Part shown: piece after piece, positions 8,832-16,056 of the stretch
Position numbering within the stretch: position 1 is the stretch's first letter
Layout of the letters: every line of letters begins with the position of its first letter
From: Gemmatimonadota bacterium
Lineage (GTDB): Bacteria; Gemmatimonadota; Gemmatimonadetes; Palauibacterales; KS3-K002
Assembly: GCA_039586795.1 (NCBI GenBank)
Contig: JBDHJS010000061.1
Coordinates: 1-17,860, forward strand
Length of the DNA stretch: 17,860 bases
Direction: 5' to 3'
Notes under the pieces: generated by a model
Database searches by the model: none
The model's input: only the letters and a program-made list of their open reading frames with translations
Told to the model about the DNA's origin: nothing
Made by a program: the position numbers and the translations under genes

Positions 8832-9887
8832 TCACGATGCCCAGTCGGGCATCAGAATCGCGCGCTTGTCTATCTGATGATCAGCGACCTGCTGCATGAC
8901 CGCTGGCCCCTCGCTCATCGGATATGGCTTGATGAACGGCTTGAGCGTGATCTTGCCGCTGGTCACCATGTCCAAGGCCTCGGGATAGAGCTCTGGCTTG
9001 CAGCCCCAGGTCCCCTGCACCGTGGCGTCGAACGCCATCAGATTGCTGAGTCGGAATTCACTTTTCGCCAGCGTGAAGCCGACGACCAGTAGCGTACCCG
9101 CAAAAGAGAGCAGCCCGAACGCGGTCTCCTGGCCGCCCGGGTGACCCGAGCACTCGAAGATCTTCCAGCTGTGTTTGGTGCAGCCCCACTCCTTCGCCAT
9201 ACCGCCGACTTCTTTCTTGAGCGATTTGAAGTCGGTCTCCCCCGAGTTGATCGTGCCGGCGGCGCCGTGATTCGCGATGGCGTCGAGCTTCGCCTGGTCC
9301 ACATCGATGGCAACGACCTTAGCCCCCATGGCCGCCGCGATCTGAACGCAATACGTACCCACACCGCCCACACCCACGACGATCGCCACGTCTCCAGCCT
9401 GTAGGCCGCTACGCACGATCGCCTGATAGGGGGTCGTCACGGCGTCGGCAATCACCGACAGCTCGTGCAGCTCGTAGCCGGCCCGATCCCCGACCTCGCA
9501 CAGCCCGCGGCCCGGCGTCACGATGAACTCGGCGAACCCGCCCTCGATGTCGTTCCCCGGCATCATCTGCCCGCGGCAGACGTTACCACGCCCGCCCTTG
9601 CACAGGTCACACTCCCCGCACGGGATCACCGCCGGAACGATCACCTCCTTGTTGAGCAGACCCTCGAATCCCGCGCCCGCTTCCACCACGGTCCCGCTGA
9701 CCTCGTGACCAAGCGTAAGCGGCAACTCTTTCTTTGTGGGAACACCGTCCTTCCAGAAGCCGATGTCCGTGTGACAGACGCCGCACCCGGCAACCTGGAC
9801 GAGCACTTCTCCGTCGCCCGGTGCCGGCCTGTCGACGTCCTCGATAACCAAGGGTTCGTCAACCGCCACAAGCCTCACTGCTTTCAT
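8832..9887 (-). CDS. had: 6-hydroxycyclohex-1-ene-1-carbonyl-CoA dehydrogenase (Had/BamQ/BzdX; Zn-dependent MDR)
   Basis: GCGVCHTD, LGHE, CGECDLC-x7-C, MPGND, ADAVTTPYQA, WKIFECSG, FRLSNLMAFDA, WGC.PELYP. RBS AGGAG. Confidence 0.95.
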   Translation of the reverse strand: MKAVRLVAVDEPLVIEDVDRPAPGDGEVLVQVAGCGVCHTDIGFWKDGVPTKKELPLTLGHEVSGTVVEAGAGFEGLLNKEVIVPAVIPCGECDLCKGGRGNVCRGQMMPGNDIEGGFAEFIVTPGRGLCEVGDRAGYELHELSVIADAVTTPYQAIVRSGLQAGDVAIVVGVGGVGTYCVQIAAAMGAKVVAIDVDQAKLDAIANHGAAGTINSGETDFKSLKKEVGGMAKEWGCTKHSWKIFECSGHPGGQETAFGLLSFAGTLLVVGFTLAKSEFRLSNLMAFDATVQGTWGCKPELYPEALDMVTSGKITLKPFIKPYPMSEGPAVMQQVADHQIDKRAILMPDWAS

Positions 9888-9948
9888 AGTCTCCTAACCC
9901 TCACATCCTGACTTTGAGAAACACTAGAAAACCCTCATCCCTCAACGC

Positions 9949-10566
9949 TCAAGTTGATGTTCGGAGTCCTCCGATTAGATAGTCCGCGAAACGATCGCCC
10001 AGCTCGGCCGCGTGCAGTTCGCCTTCTGGGCGATACCAACGCGCTATCCAGTTTATCGCTCCGAGGATGCCGAATACCGCGAGCTTCGGATCGACCTCAC
10101 GAAACTCGCTGTCCTTTATCCCTTTCTCTATAAGGTCGCGCAGCACCTGCTCGTAACGGTCGCGCGCCGCGATGATCTCAGCCCGACGTTCGCCCGAGAG
10201 CGCCGGGACTTCGAACGCCAACGGCGAGCCCTCCAGCGTTTCGGTCATGACACGCACGTGCTCGCGGATCAGGTAGCTGAGACGCTCAGCCGAGGTAGTG
10301 CAGCAGCATTCCGACGCTTCGATGAGTCGCGCCATCTCCGCCAACGACTCGCGGTGACATTCGTAGAGGATCGATTCTTTGTCGGGGAAATAATGGTAGA
10401 GCGCGGTGCTCCGGACGTTCAGGCGCTCGGCGATGTCGTCCAACGTGGTGCTGTGGTAGCCGTTCTCGCGGAACGCGATGAGGGCGGCGTGGAGGATTTC
10501 CGCGCGACGGCGCTCTCGCTTTTCGCGGACATGGGGTGAGGGGCCAGCTGAGCCGTTTTGCGGCAT
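9949..10566 (-). CDS. TetR/AcrR-family repressor, PaaR/KstR2-like (acyl/aryl-CoA sensing type)
   Basis: HTH GYHSTTLDDIAERL...ALYHYFPDKE. C-terminal ILGAINWIARWYRPEG is typical of PaaR/KstR2-type ligand domains. RBS GGAG. Confidence 0.92.
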   Translation of the reverse strand: MPQNGSAGPSPHVREKRERRRAEILHAALIAFRENGYHSTTLDDIAERLNVRSTALYHYFPDKESILYECHRESLAEMARLIEASECCCTTSAERLSYLIREHVRVMTETLEGSPLAFEVPALSGERRAEIIAARDRYEQVLRDLIEKGIKDSEFREVDPKLAVFGILGAINWIARWYRPEGELHAAELGDRFADYLIGGLRTST

Positions 10567-10586
10567 GTACGGGCTCCGGTTCTGTG

Positions 10587-10608
10587 TTTTTGAACGGACG
10601 TTAGAAAA
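10587..10608. promoter_or_regulatory. Putative TetR operator palindrome TTTT-tg-AACG-ga-CGTT-ag-AAAA
   Basis: Inverted repeat seen directly. Minus strand 10604-10591 CTAACGTCCGTTCA fits CNAACGNNCGTTNG except for the last base. It overlaps the predicted transcription start. Confidence 0.7.
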
Positions 10609-10633
10609 TTGAATGCGTGGTAAGATTTGTCAA
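10605..10633 (-). promoter_or_regulatory. Sigma70-type promoter of the tetR-had-oah-...-bcr operon
   Basis: Perfect TTGACA (10633-10628), 17-nt spacer, weak -10 AATTTT (10610-10605), in an AT-rich patch ~40 nt upstream of tetR. Confidence 0.65.
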
Positions 10634-10707
10634 GAGGTTGGCTTCATTGTTGAGTCGCGGGCGCGGGGCGTGAGGCGCGGGCGACGACGCAGCGTCGACG
10701 TCGGCGA

Positions 10708-10735
10708 GCTTTCCGTAACCCATATTACGTAATAA
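10708..10735 (+). other. dif-like (XerC/XerD) 28-bp recombination site
   Basis: GCTTTCCGTAA-CCCATA-TTACGTAATAA has the 11-6-11 layout, with inverted CGTAA/TTACG cores around a 6-bp spacer ending in ATA. The right arm resembles TTATGT(T/A)A. The outer bases deviate. Confidence 0.5.
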
Positions 10736-10764
10736 GGCGGCGCACGATTTCCGTGCACCGCCCT
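10728..10764 (-). terminator. Rho-independent terminator for the minus-strand accessory genes
   Basis: Minus-strand RNA GGCGGUGCACG-GAAAU-CGUGCGCCGCC (11-bp stem, one U.G pair) followed by UUAUUAC, about 40 nt after the stop at 10803. Confidence 0.65.
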
Positions 10765-10802
10765 AGCCTGGCGGGAGCTATTTGTCCTCTAATCCGTCCC
10801 GG

Positions 10803-11081
10803 CTAGCGCTTGCGGCTGCCGTCTCCGTATTGGTAGGCCGGCTCCGGGCCCCGCAGCGTCCAGACGGCGATCGGGGTCAACGCCCAGCGAGCGACCTCGA
10901 CGACGCCCTGACCGGCGAAGACGAGCGAGCGCGCCACGGCCGGAATGCCGTAGCGAATCGCCGCGTAGGCCACACCTATGATCGCGAAAGGCACGAGGGG
11001 AAAGACAGCCCATAGCATGAAGGCGGAGAAGACGCCAAGCACCATCAGCGCACCGCCAGCAATCTCACCAACTCCAAGCAT
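10803..11081 (-). CDS. Small hypothetical membrane protein
   Basis: Strongly hydrophobic ORF with 2 or more TM-like segments. ATG 11081 is preceded by GGGAG/GAGG (alternative GTG at 11090). Followed by a terminator. Confidence 0.55.
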   Translation of the reverse strand: MLGVGEIAGGALMVLGVFSAFMLWAVFPLVPFAIIGVAYAAIRYGIPAVARSLVFAGQGVVEVARWALTPIAVWTLRGPEPAYQYGDGSRKR

Positions 11082-11251
11082 GATCCTCACTCCCTGGCGA
11101 AGGTTGAGGCCACAATGGAAGATAGGCCTAATCGACCTCGATAGCCAGTATCAGTAGCATGTATAGGGTTAGATTGCGCGGCAGAAAAGCGAGGACCCAG
11201 CGGGTGTCTGTGATCCGACTTCGTGCTATCATCGGCGCCGCTATCAGTGGA

Positions 11252-11800
11252 TCATTGGCCGGGAGCCTCCGTGGTTACAAAGGTCCCCGATACGTTCACC
11301 ACCCTACTGGAGTCTTCGTCGGTCAGCCGCGTATAGTGCCCGCTCATATCGAACTCACCCCGCACCGCAGTCGGCGTAACCTCAATGAAGGTTATTGACC
11401 CACCTGTCATCGTGTACCCTGCGAAGTTGGTCGCGTCCAGCCCGCTATAACCTCCTCCGAACTCACCGGCGGGAATGGTGTCACCGATGGCGTATCCACC
11501 CAAGTCGTAGGTCCCCACACCCGGTGCCTCTGCGCCAAACTTGTAGATCAGCGTCCCGGCGAGCAGGTTCGAACCAGCGGACTTCGGGAAAAGGGCGATC
11601 GTGAAGTACTCGAGTTCGGTGTCAAACGAGCTGTAGGTCGAAATGCCGTGGTACGCGTTCGCCTCCCAAGACTCAGTAATGTCGCCGGTGACGGATACCT
11701 GAGAAGCCCCCGCTTCTGGCGCGGTGGAATCGCTACAGCCGAACAAGGCAAGGAGCATAGCGAGCGCCAGCGCGCTGGCTCCTGACAGCAGTCTTTTCAA
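11252..11800 (-). CDS. Hypothetical lipoprotein (beta-rich)
   Basis: TTG start at 11800 after GAGGGGG. Signal peptide MKRLL...LLALFG-C. Alternating beta-strand patterns (GSITFIEVT..VRGEFDMSG...VNVSGTF). Confidence 0.78.
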   Translation of the reverse strand: MKRLLSGASALALAMLLALFGCSDSTAPEAGASQVSVTGDITESWEANAYHGISTYSSFDTELEYFTIALFPKSAGSNLLAGTLIYKFGAEAPGVGTYDLGGYAIGDTIPAGEFGGGYSGLDATNFAGYTMTGGSITFIEVTPTAVRGEFDMSGHYTRLTDEDSSRVVNVSGTFVTTEAPGQ

Positions 11801-11840
11801 CTGATCCCCCTCGTCAGGACGATAGATGCGTGAAGTAGGC

Positions 11841-12326
11841 TCACCCACTGGTACTGAAGCGGATGGCTGTGGCCTGGCCGTAGGCCCAGCCGCACTCCTC
11901 TTTGTCTTTATCAGGCCCGCACGTGCCCGATGCGGTATTTATGGAAACACCAAAGATCGCATCCGCCCCGAACTTGCGCGCCTCCTTGGTCAAAGCCTCG
12001 GTGATTTTGTCTCTGGCATAGCCTTCGGTGTCCTCCGAGATACTGACACACCCAAATTCGACCGGATCCGTTGACGCCTCGGCATCAGCAAACACCTGAC
12101 CGATGACTCGGTACCCCCCTGTCTCATTCTGCACGGCGTACCATTCCGCTTCGTCAGCGTTCTTGAAGACAATCATCTCCTGGTCATCAGGCCTGGCCGG
12201 GTAGATTTCATCGCCGCTTCTGATGAATCTCGAGTCCGTCTTGACCTTCGGACCACAGCTCATTGCCAGGGCTACGCACATCAGGATGACACACAACTTC
12301 GCGGATATTCTCTTGTTACTTCTCAT
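11841..12326 (-). CDS. Hypothetical lipoprotein with YbjQ/RcsF/DUF4156-like domain
   Basis: ATG 12326 overlaps the end of the upstream gene. Signal peptide ends ALAMS-C. Motif YRVIGQV...LTKEARKFGADAI...AYGQATAIRF. Confidence 0.75.
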   Translation of the reverse strand: MRSNKRISAKLCVILMCVALAMSCGPKVKTDSRFIRSGDEIYPARPDDQEMIVFKNADEAEWYAVQNETGGYRVIGQVFADAEASTDPVEFGCVSISEDTEGYARDKITEALTKEARKFGADAIFGVSINTASGTCGPDKDKEECGWAYGQATAIRFSTSG

Positions 12327-12741
12327 CGTTCGTTTCGCCGCCTGCGTCAAAGACCACTGCCTTCGCCCGACCCAGAGCATACGCCCCACTCCACGTCACC
12401 GTGAAGTCGATCAGGGCATCAGCTCCACGTTTCCTGGCTTCTTCCTTCAGTACATCGAGAACATCAGCGCTCACATCCGCACTCGTGGCCGGATTAGTGA
12501 ATCCCCAGTAGTCCCGAGTATCGAAGTAGACGCTTCCTATGACTCGGTAGGTGGTGTCGGGCTCGTCGCCCCGCACGAAGACCACGACATCGTAGTCCTC
12601 GGGCTTCGGCGCGAAGGTCTCCTCGCTCTCAGGGGCATATGTCGCCTCCACTCCCGAAAACCCACCCCACGCTGTATAGCCGTAGCACTTAGCGCCTACC
12701 AGGCAGGCCCACGCCAGGACCCAGACTGCCAGTCTTTTCAT
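12316..12741 (-). CDS. Hypothetical exported protein with YbjQ/RcsF/DUF4156-like domain; paralog of the downstream gene
   Basis: ATG 12741 after GGGAG. Signal peptide MKRLAVWVLAWA... Motif YRVIGSV...LKEEARKRGADALI...ALGRAKAVVF. Confidence 0.75.
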   Translation of the reverse strand: MKRLAVWVLAWACLVGAKCYGYTAWGGFSGVEATYAPESEETFAPKPEDYDVVVFVRGDEPDTTYRVIGSVYFDTRDYWGFTNPATSADVSADVLDVLKEEARKRGADALIDFTVTWSGAYALGRAKAVVFDAGGETNDEK

Positions 12742-12783
12742 CTTGCTCCCCGGATCACCCATCGGGCAGAAAGATCAGGTGTA

Positions 12784-13116
12784 CTATGGCCCTGTACACG
12801 TCTCCTTGAATACCCTACCGGCGATCGCCTCGTAGAACATGATCCTCCCCTCCTCATCCCGCTCGACAGTAACCTCCCAGGCCTCCTCGCACCCGTCGAA
12901 GTCCATGCAATAGTGGGACTCGGACGTTTGATCCTCCCCGACAAGCTCGGTGTTTCCACAGCAGTCGCCCCAGAGCGTCGTGTCGTCATTCCTGAGGTGT
13001 AGACTGTCACAGTCCTCTTGCGAGCCCGTAGGCAGACCACAGCCCGTCGTGCTTATCCCCACGCCGCCAAAGAGGACGGTCGTGGCGAACACCAAGATGA
13101 CCATGCGCTTGCGCAT
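12784..13116 (-). CDS. Small acidic Cys-rich putative lipoprotein
   Basis: ATG 13116 after GAGGGGG. Signal MRKRMVILVFATTVLFGGVGISTTG-C. Six further Cys in the mature part. Confidence 0.7.
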   Translation of the reverse strand: MRKRMVILVFATTVLFGGVGISTTGCGLPTGSQEDCDSLHLRNDDTTLWGDCCGNTELVGEDQTSESHYCMDFDGCEEAWEVTVERDEEGRIMFYEAIAGRVFKETCTGP

Positions 13117-13191
13117 CGTGAACCCCCTCGCAGTCTCCAAAACGTCAAGAGAACTCCGTTATCGCGCAGCGTTCTATATCACATGTTCCGC

Positions 13192-13221
13192 ATTGTACAT
13201 TCGATACGTCAAATAGCGCAA
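13192..13221 (-). promoter_or_regulatory. Possible sigma70 promoter for the lipoprotein genes
   Basis: TTGCGC-18 nt-TACAAT on the minus strand in the AT-rich divergent intergenic region. Other hexamer pairings are possible. Confidence 0.3.
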
Positions 13222-13424
13222 CAAATATCGATAACAACTATCGTTAAGTTCTGCCGCACTAGTATGGTGTACGTTCTTCACCCTGCTACTCGGAAGAACT
13301 GGAGATAACTACACAAGACTCACGTCAGTTGATCGCGTGCGCTCTGCCACACATATTGGAACCGCGATTCGAGCACTTCCCTACTTAGCTCCGATTGCAA
13401 CCGATCCTCGTGGAGCGCTGGGGC

Positions 13425-14075
13425 ATGTCGCATCTACTAAACGATCCTCCGGATACGCCCGACCCGACCAACCGGCCGCATGACCGAAACGGCCAGTTCG
13501 AGATCCTGAAGACGCGCGGCGCCCTTCGATTTCTCGGTTTCATCCTCCTGGCTATTGCAGCGCCGGTCAACAGCCTCATCGCCCAGCAAGATCTGCCGGT
13601 CTCGCCAGGTGATCGCGTCCGAGTATCCGTACCCGACGAACGCGCCGTGGGCATCGTAACATCGATACGGGCTGATTCGCTCGTGCTGAATGTAGAAAGT
13701 CGCGAGGCACCTCTGGCGTTGGCGTTTGCTTCCTTGACGAAGCTTGAAGTGAGCCGGGGCCAGAAAGCACAGACTGGCCAGGGCGCTCTAATAGGGATGG
13801 GCGTGGGTGCGGCCGTTGGAGCAATCCTCGCCGTCTCAATATGCAGTGATGGGAACTGTACAGAGTCGACGTCCAGTGACGACCAGTCGGGTCTTGCCCT
13901 CGCAGCCGCAGTGGTCCTTGGCGTGGGCGCCGTAGCCTTGGGTGCCGGCATCGGTGCTCTCATTGGATCGAATAGTAAGATCGAGCGCTGGGAGACAATC
14001 CCTCTGTCACGGTTGCGGCTCAGCCCGGCTCCAAGCGGAGGAGGGCTAGAAGTCTCTTACTGGCTGATACCATGA
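13425..14075 (+). CDS. Hypothetical exported protein: small beta-barrel-like domain plus glycine-zipper hydrophobic hairpin
   Basis: Signal-like segment, then PGDRVRVS...GIVTSIRADSLVL...LTKLEVSRG, GALIGMGVGAAVGA...GAGIGALIG, ERWETIPL. Start uncertain (ATG 13425 follows GGAG). Confidence 0.8.
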   Translation: MSHLLNDPPDTPDPTNRPHDRNGQFEILKTRGALRFLGFILLAIAAPVNSLIAQQDLPVSPGDRVRVSVPDERAVGIVTSIRADSLVLNVESREAPLALAFASLTKLEVSRGQKAQTGQGALIGMGVGAAVGAILAVSICSDGNCTESTSSDDQSGLALAAAVVLGVGAVALGAGIGALIGSNSKIERWETIPLSRLRLSPAPSGGGLEVSYWLIP

Positions 14076-14118
14076 GCACCGACCGCGCGAATCAGACGGC
14101 GGCGGCTCTGTTGTGGAG

Positions 14119-16056
14119 TCATGGCGACGCGAGCCGCGCGAAACGCCGCGCCGATCCGGGGAAATCAACTCCCATAGCGAACCCGGTGAGCAACCCGTAA
14201 AGTAGACCGGCCACCGCGACCCGCGCATCTAACGCGAAGGCGAGGCCCGGCGACTGCCCACCGGGAATCATCGTGAGAACGATACCGAAAGCAAAGGACA
14301 GAACCGCCATCCACTGATAGATGCGTAGACCACCGACGATCATCGTCTGCGGTTCGCCCCGATACGACTCCTCCACGAAGCGCGCGATCCCGGCGAGCAT
14401 CAGGTAGACGCCGGCGATGATCCCGTACGACGCGCCCAACGACCAGAGGCGCAGCAGCAGTACGCCGATCACGAAGTTCCCCAGAATCGAGTAGAGCGGC
14501 GTGGGATGAAGCGGCACGCCGCGCAGATCACCCAGCACACAGACGCGCGATCGCGGTTGCGAGTAGCGAATGCCAACGGCCTCCGAGGCTTCGGCTCCAT
14601 GGCAACATCCCTGGACCAGGCAGCGCAGTCGACCGATCGACTGCAGCCACGGTGCCTCCATCGTGATGAGAGCGAAGAGCAGGATCGTGTTGCCGGCGAT
14701 GGCTCCGGCGACTATCGCGCCGGCGATGCACCCGATGACGCCGCCATAGTAACCGAACGGACGCGACAGCTTGGGCGAACCTTCCAACTTCTGCGCCCAC
14801 AGGCCGGCGCCCAGCAAACCACATACATGGACGAACACCAACTGCCAGAATACGTCCGGTCCACCCAACGATGCGGCGACCCAAAAACCAACGGCGCCAG
14901 CCAGACCGGCGTAGAACCCGTGGTTGATCAGACGCACACCGCCCCAACGCCACTCGCGCCACGAGTCGGCTATCGACTCCGCCGCGCGCCGCATCAATTC
15001 CCAGATTCGACGACTCTGCAGCAGCAGCACGAACACGACGGTGGCCGCCGCGATGTCGGCCAGGGCATGCATCCCCGTCGTGATACAGCTGATCGCGATG
15101 AGGATCGCCCACGCCCAGCCGGCAATCGCCCAACCGCGAGATCGCGACGCCCACGCATCCGCCGCGATGAAGCTCCAGATGACGTGAAACGCTGGGAACG
15201 CGGCGACCGTGTTCGACATCGCCCGTTCGAACATCAGGGCATGGCCGAGGAACGTCTGAGGCTCGAAGGGGCGCGGCGGCGCGATCAGCGGCACGGTCAG
15301 GTAGATGAGCGTGACCACGGCGGTGGAGATGAGCCCCAGCATCGCCAGGCGGCGCAGCGCGCGCTGCGTGGGAACGATGAGCGGAGCGGCGAGCACGAAC
15401 AGGTAGATGCTGCCGTAGACCGCTTCGGTCCATTCGAGAACCGGCCAATCGTTTTCGAACGGCAGGTACGCCACCACGGCGTCGGCGGGCACGCCCAACC
15501 GATAGACGGCTTCGAAAGCCACCGACCAGGGGATGAGGACCAGGATATATATAGACGCCCGATTCCAGCCGCTCGGCGGGTTCGGGCCGTCAGGGGGCAG
15601 CGAGATGAGTGGACGGTGAATGGCCTCTGGACCGAAACGCCGGCGCAGATCGTGGCGCTCGAACCCCAACACCAGCGCCGCCGCTGCCAGCGCTACCATC
15701 GGCGTCACCAGCCAGATCCCGCTGGGCGACTCCATGAAGATCGCCACGCCCAGGCAGGCGCTGACGAAGCCGACGTAGATCGGATGGGCCGTGTAGCGGT
15801 AGATACCGCGCCGCACGTATTCGGTGGGCGGGAACGGATTCATCGGTAGCCCGCGACCGTGAACCATCAGGGCGACCATCCCCGCCGCGATCAGTGCGAC
15901 GCCAAAGGCCAGGAGTACATAGCCGCCCTCGGGGTATGGAATCACGGGCAAGGGAACGACCGGAGCGGCGGCAGCGGCCCAACCCAACAGCAGCGCCGGG
16001 ACAGCCACCACGAACAGGAACCCGTAGGCAAGCTTCCCCACAGTCGAACCACTCAT
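14119..16056 (-). CDS. Polytopic membrane fusion: PEMT/ICMT-like methyltransferase + PAP2-like + Lgt (prolipoprotein diacylglyceryl transferase)-family domains
   Basis: N-term GRGLPMNPFPP...GIYRYTAHPIYVG...ERHDLRRRFG. Middle FPAFH and TTGMHALAD. C-term FGYYGG, GRLRCLVQGCCHG, LHPTPLYS, RFVEESYRG. Confidence 0.85.
   Translation of the reverse strand: MSGSTVGKLAYGFLFVVAVPALLLGWAAAAAPVVPLPVIPYPEGGYVLLAFGVALIAAGMVALMVHGRGLPMNPFPPTEYVRRGIYRYTAHPIYVGFVSACLGVAIFMESPSGIWLVTPMVALAAAALVLGFERHDLRRRFGPEAIHRPLISLPPDGPNPPSGWNRASIYILVLIPWSVAFEAVYRLGVPADAVVAYLPFENDWPVLEWTEAVYGSIYLFVLAAPLIVPTQRALRRLAMLGLISTAVVTLIYLTVPLIAPPRPFEPQTFLGHALMFERAMSNTVAAFPAFHVIWSFIAADAWASRSRGWAIAGWAWAILIAISCITTGMHALADIAAATVVFVLLLQSRRIWELMRRAAESIADSWREWRWGGVRLINHGFYAGLAGAVGFWVAASLGGPDVFWQLVFVHVCGLLGAGLWAQKLEGSPKLSRPFGYYGGVIGCIAGAIVAGAIAGNTILLFALITMEAPWLQSIGRLRCLVQGCCHGAEASEAVGIRYSQPRSRVCVLGDLRGVPLHPTPLYSILGNFVIGVLLLRLWSLGASYGIIAGVYLMLAGIARFVEESYRGEPQTMIVGGLRIYQWMAVLSFAFGIVLTMIPGGQSPGLAFALDARVAVAGLLYGLLTGFAMGVDFPGSARRFARLASP

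Noticed and set aside
92..10566. Selenocysteine/TGA read-through or frameshifts in the operon
   Set aside because: The recognised enzymes all end at family-typical lengths with Cys ligands present. Several TGA stops are explained by start/stop overlaps.
12223..13002. 259-aa + strand ORF across the islet
   Set aside because: It overlaps three minus-strand genes that have RBS and signal peptides, two with shared motifs. It has no features of its own.
13183..13214. Second dif-like site (…ATACGTCAAAT)
   Set aside because: Only a partial right-arm resemblance. There is no TAA-N6-TTA core, so it does not fit the 11-6-11 pattern.
10780..13400. Integron cassette array, CRISPR array or prophage/IS as explanation of the islet
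   Set aside because: No attC-like RYYYAAC...GTTRRRY hairpins, no regularly spaced repeats, and no integrase or transposase seen.
14506..15849. 447-aa + strand ORF and 306-aa alternate-frame ORF
   Set aside because: Shadow frames of the membrane fusion gene.
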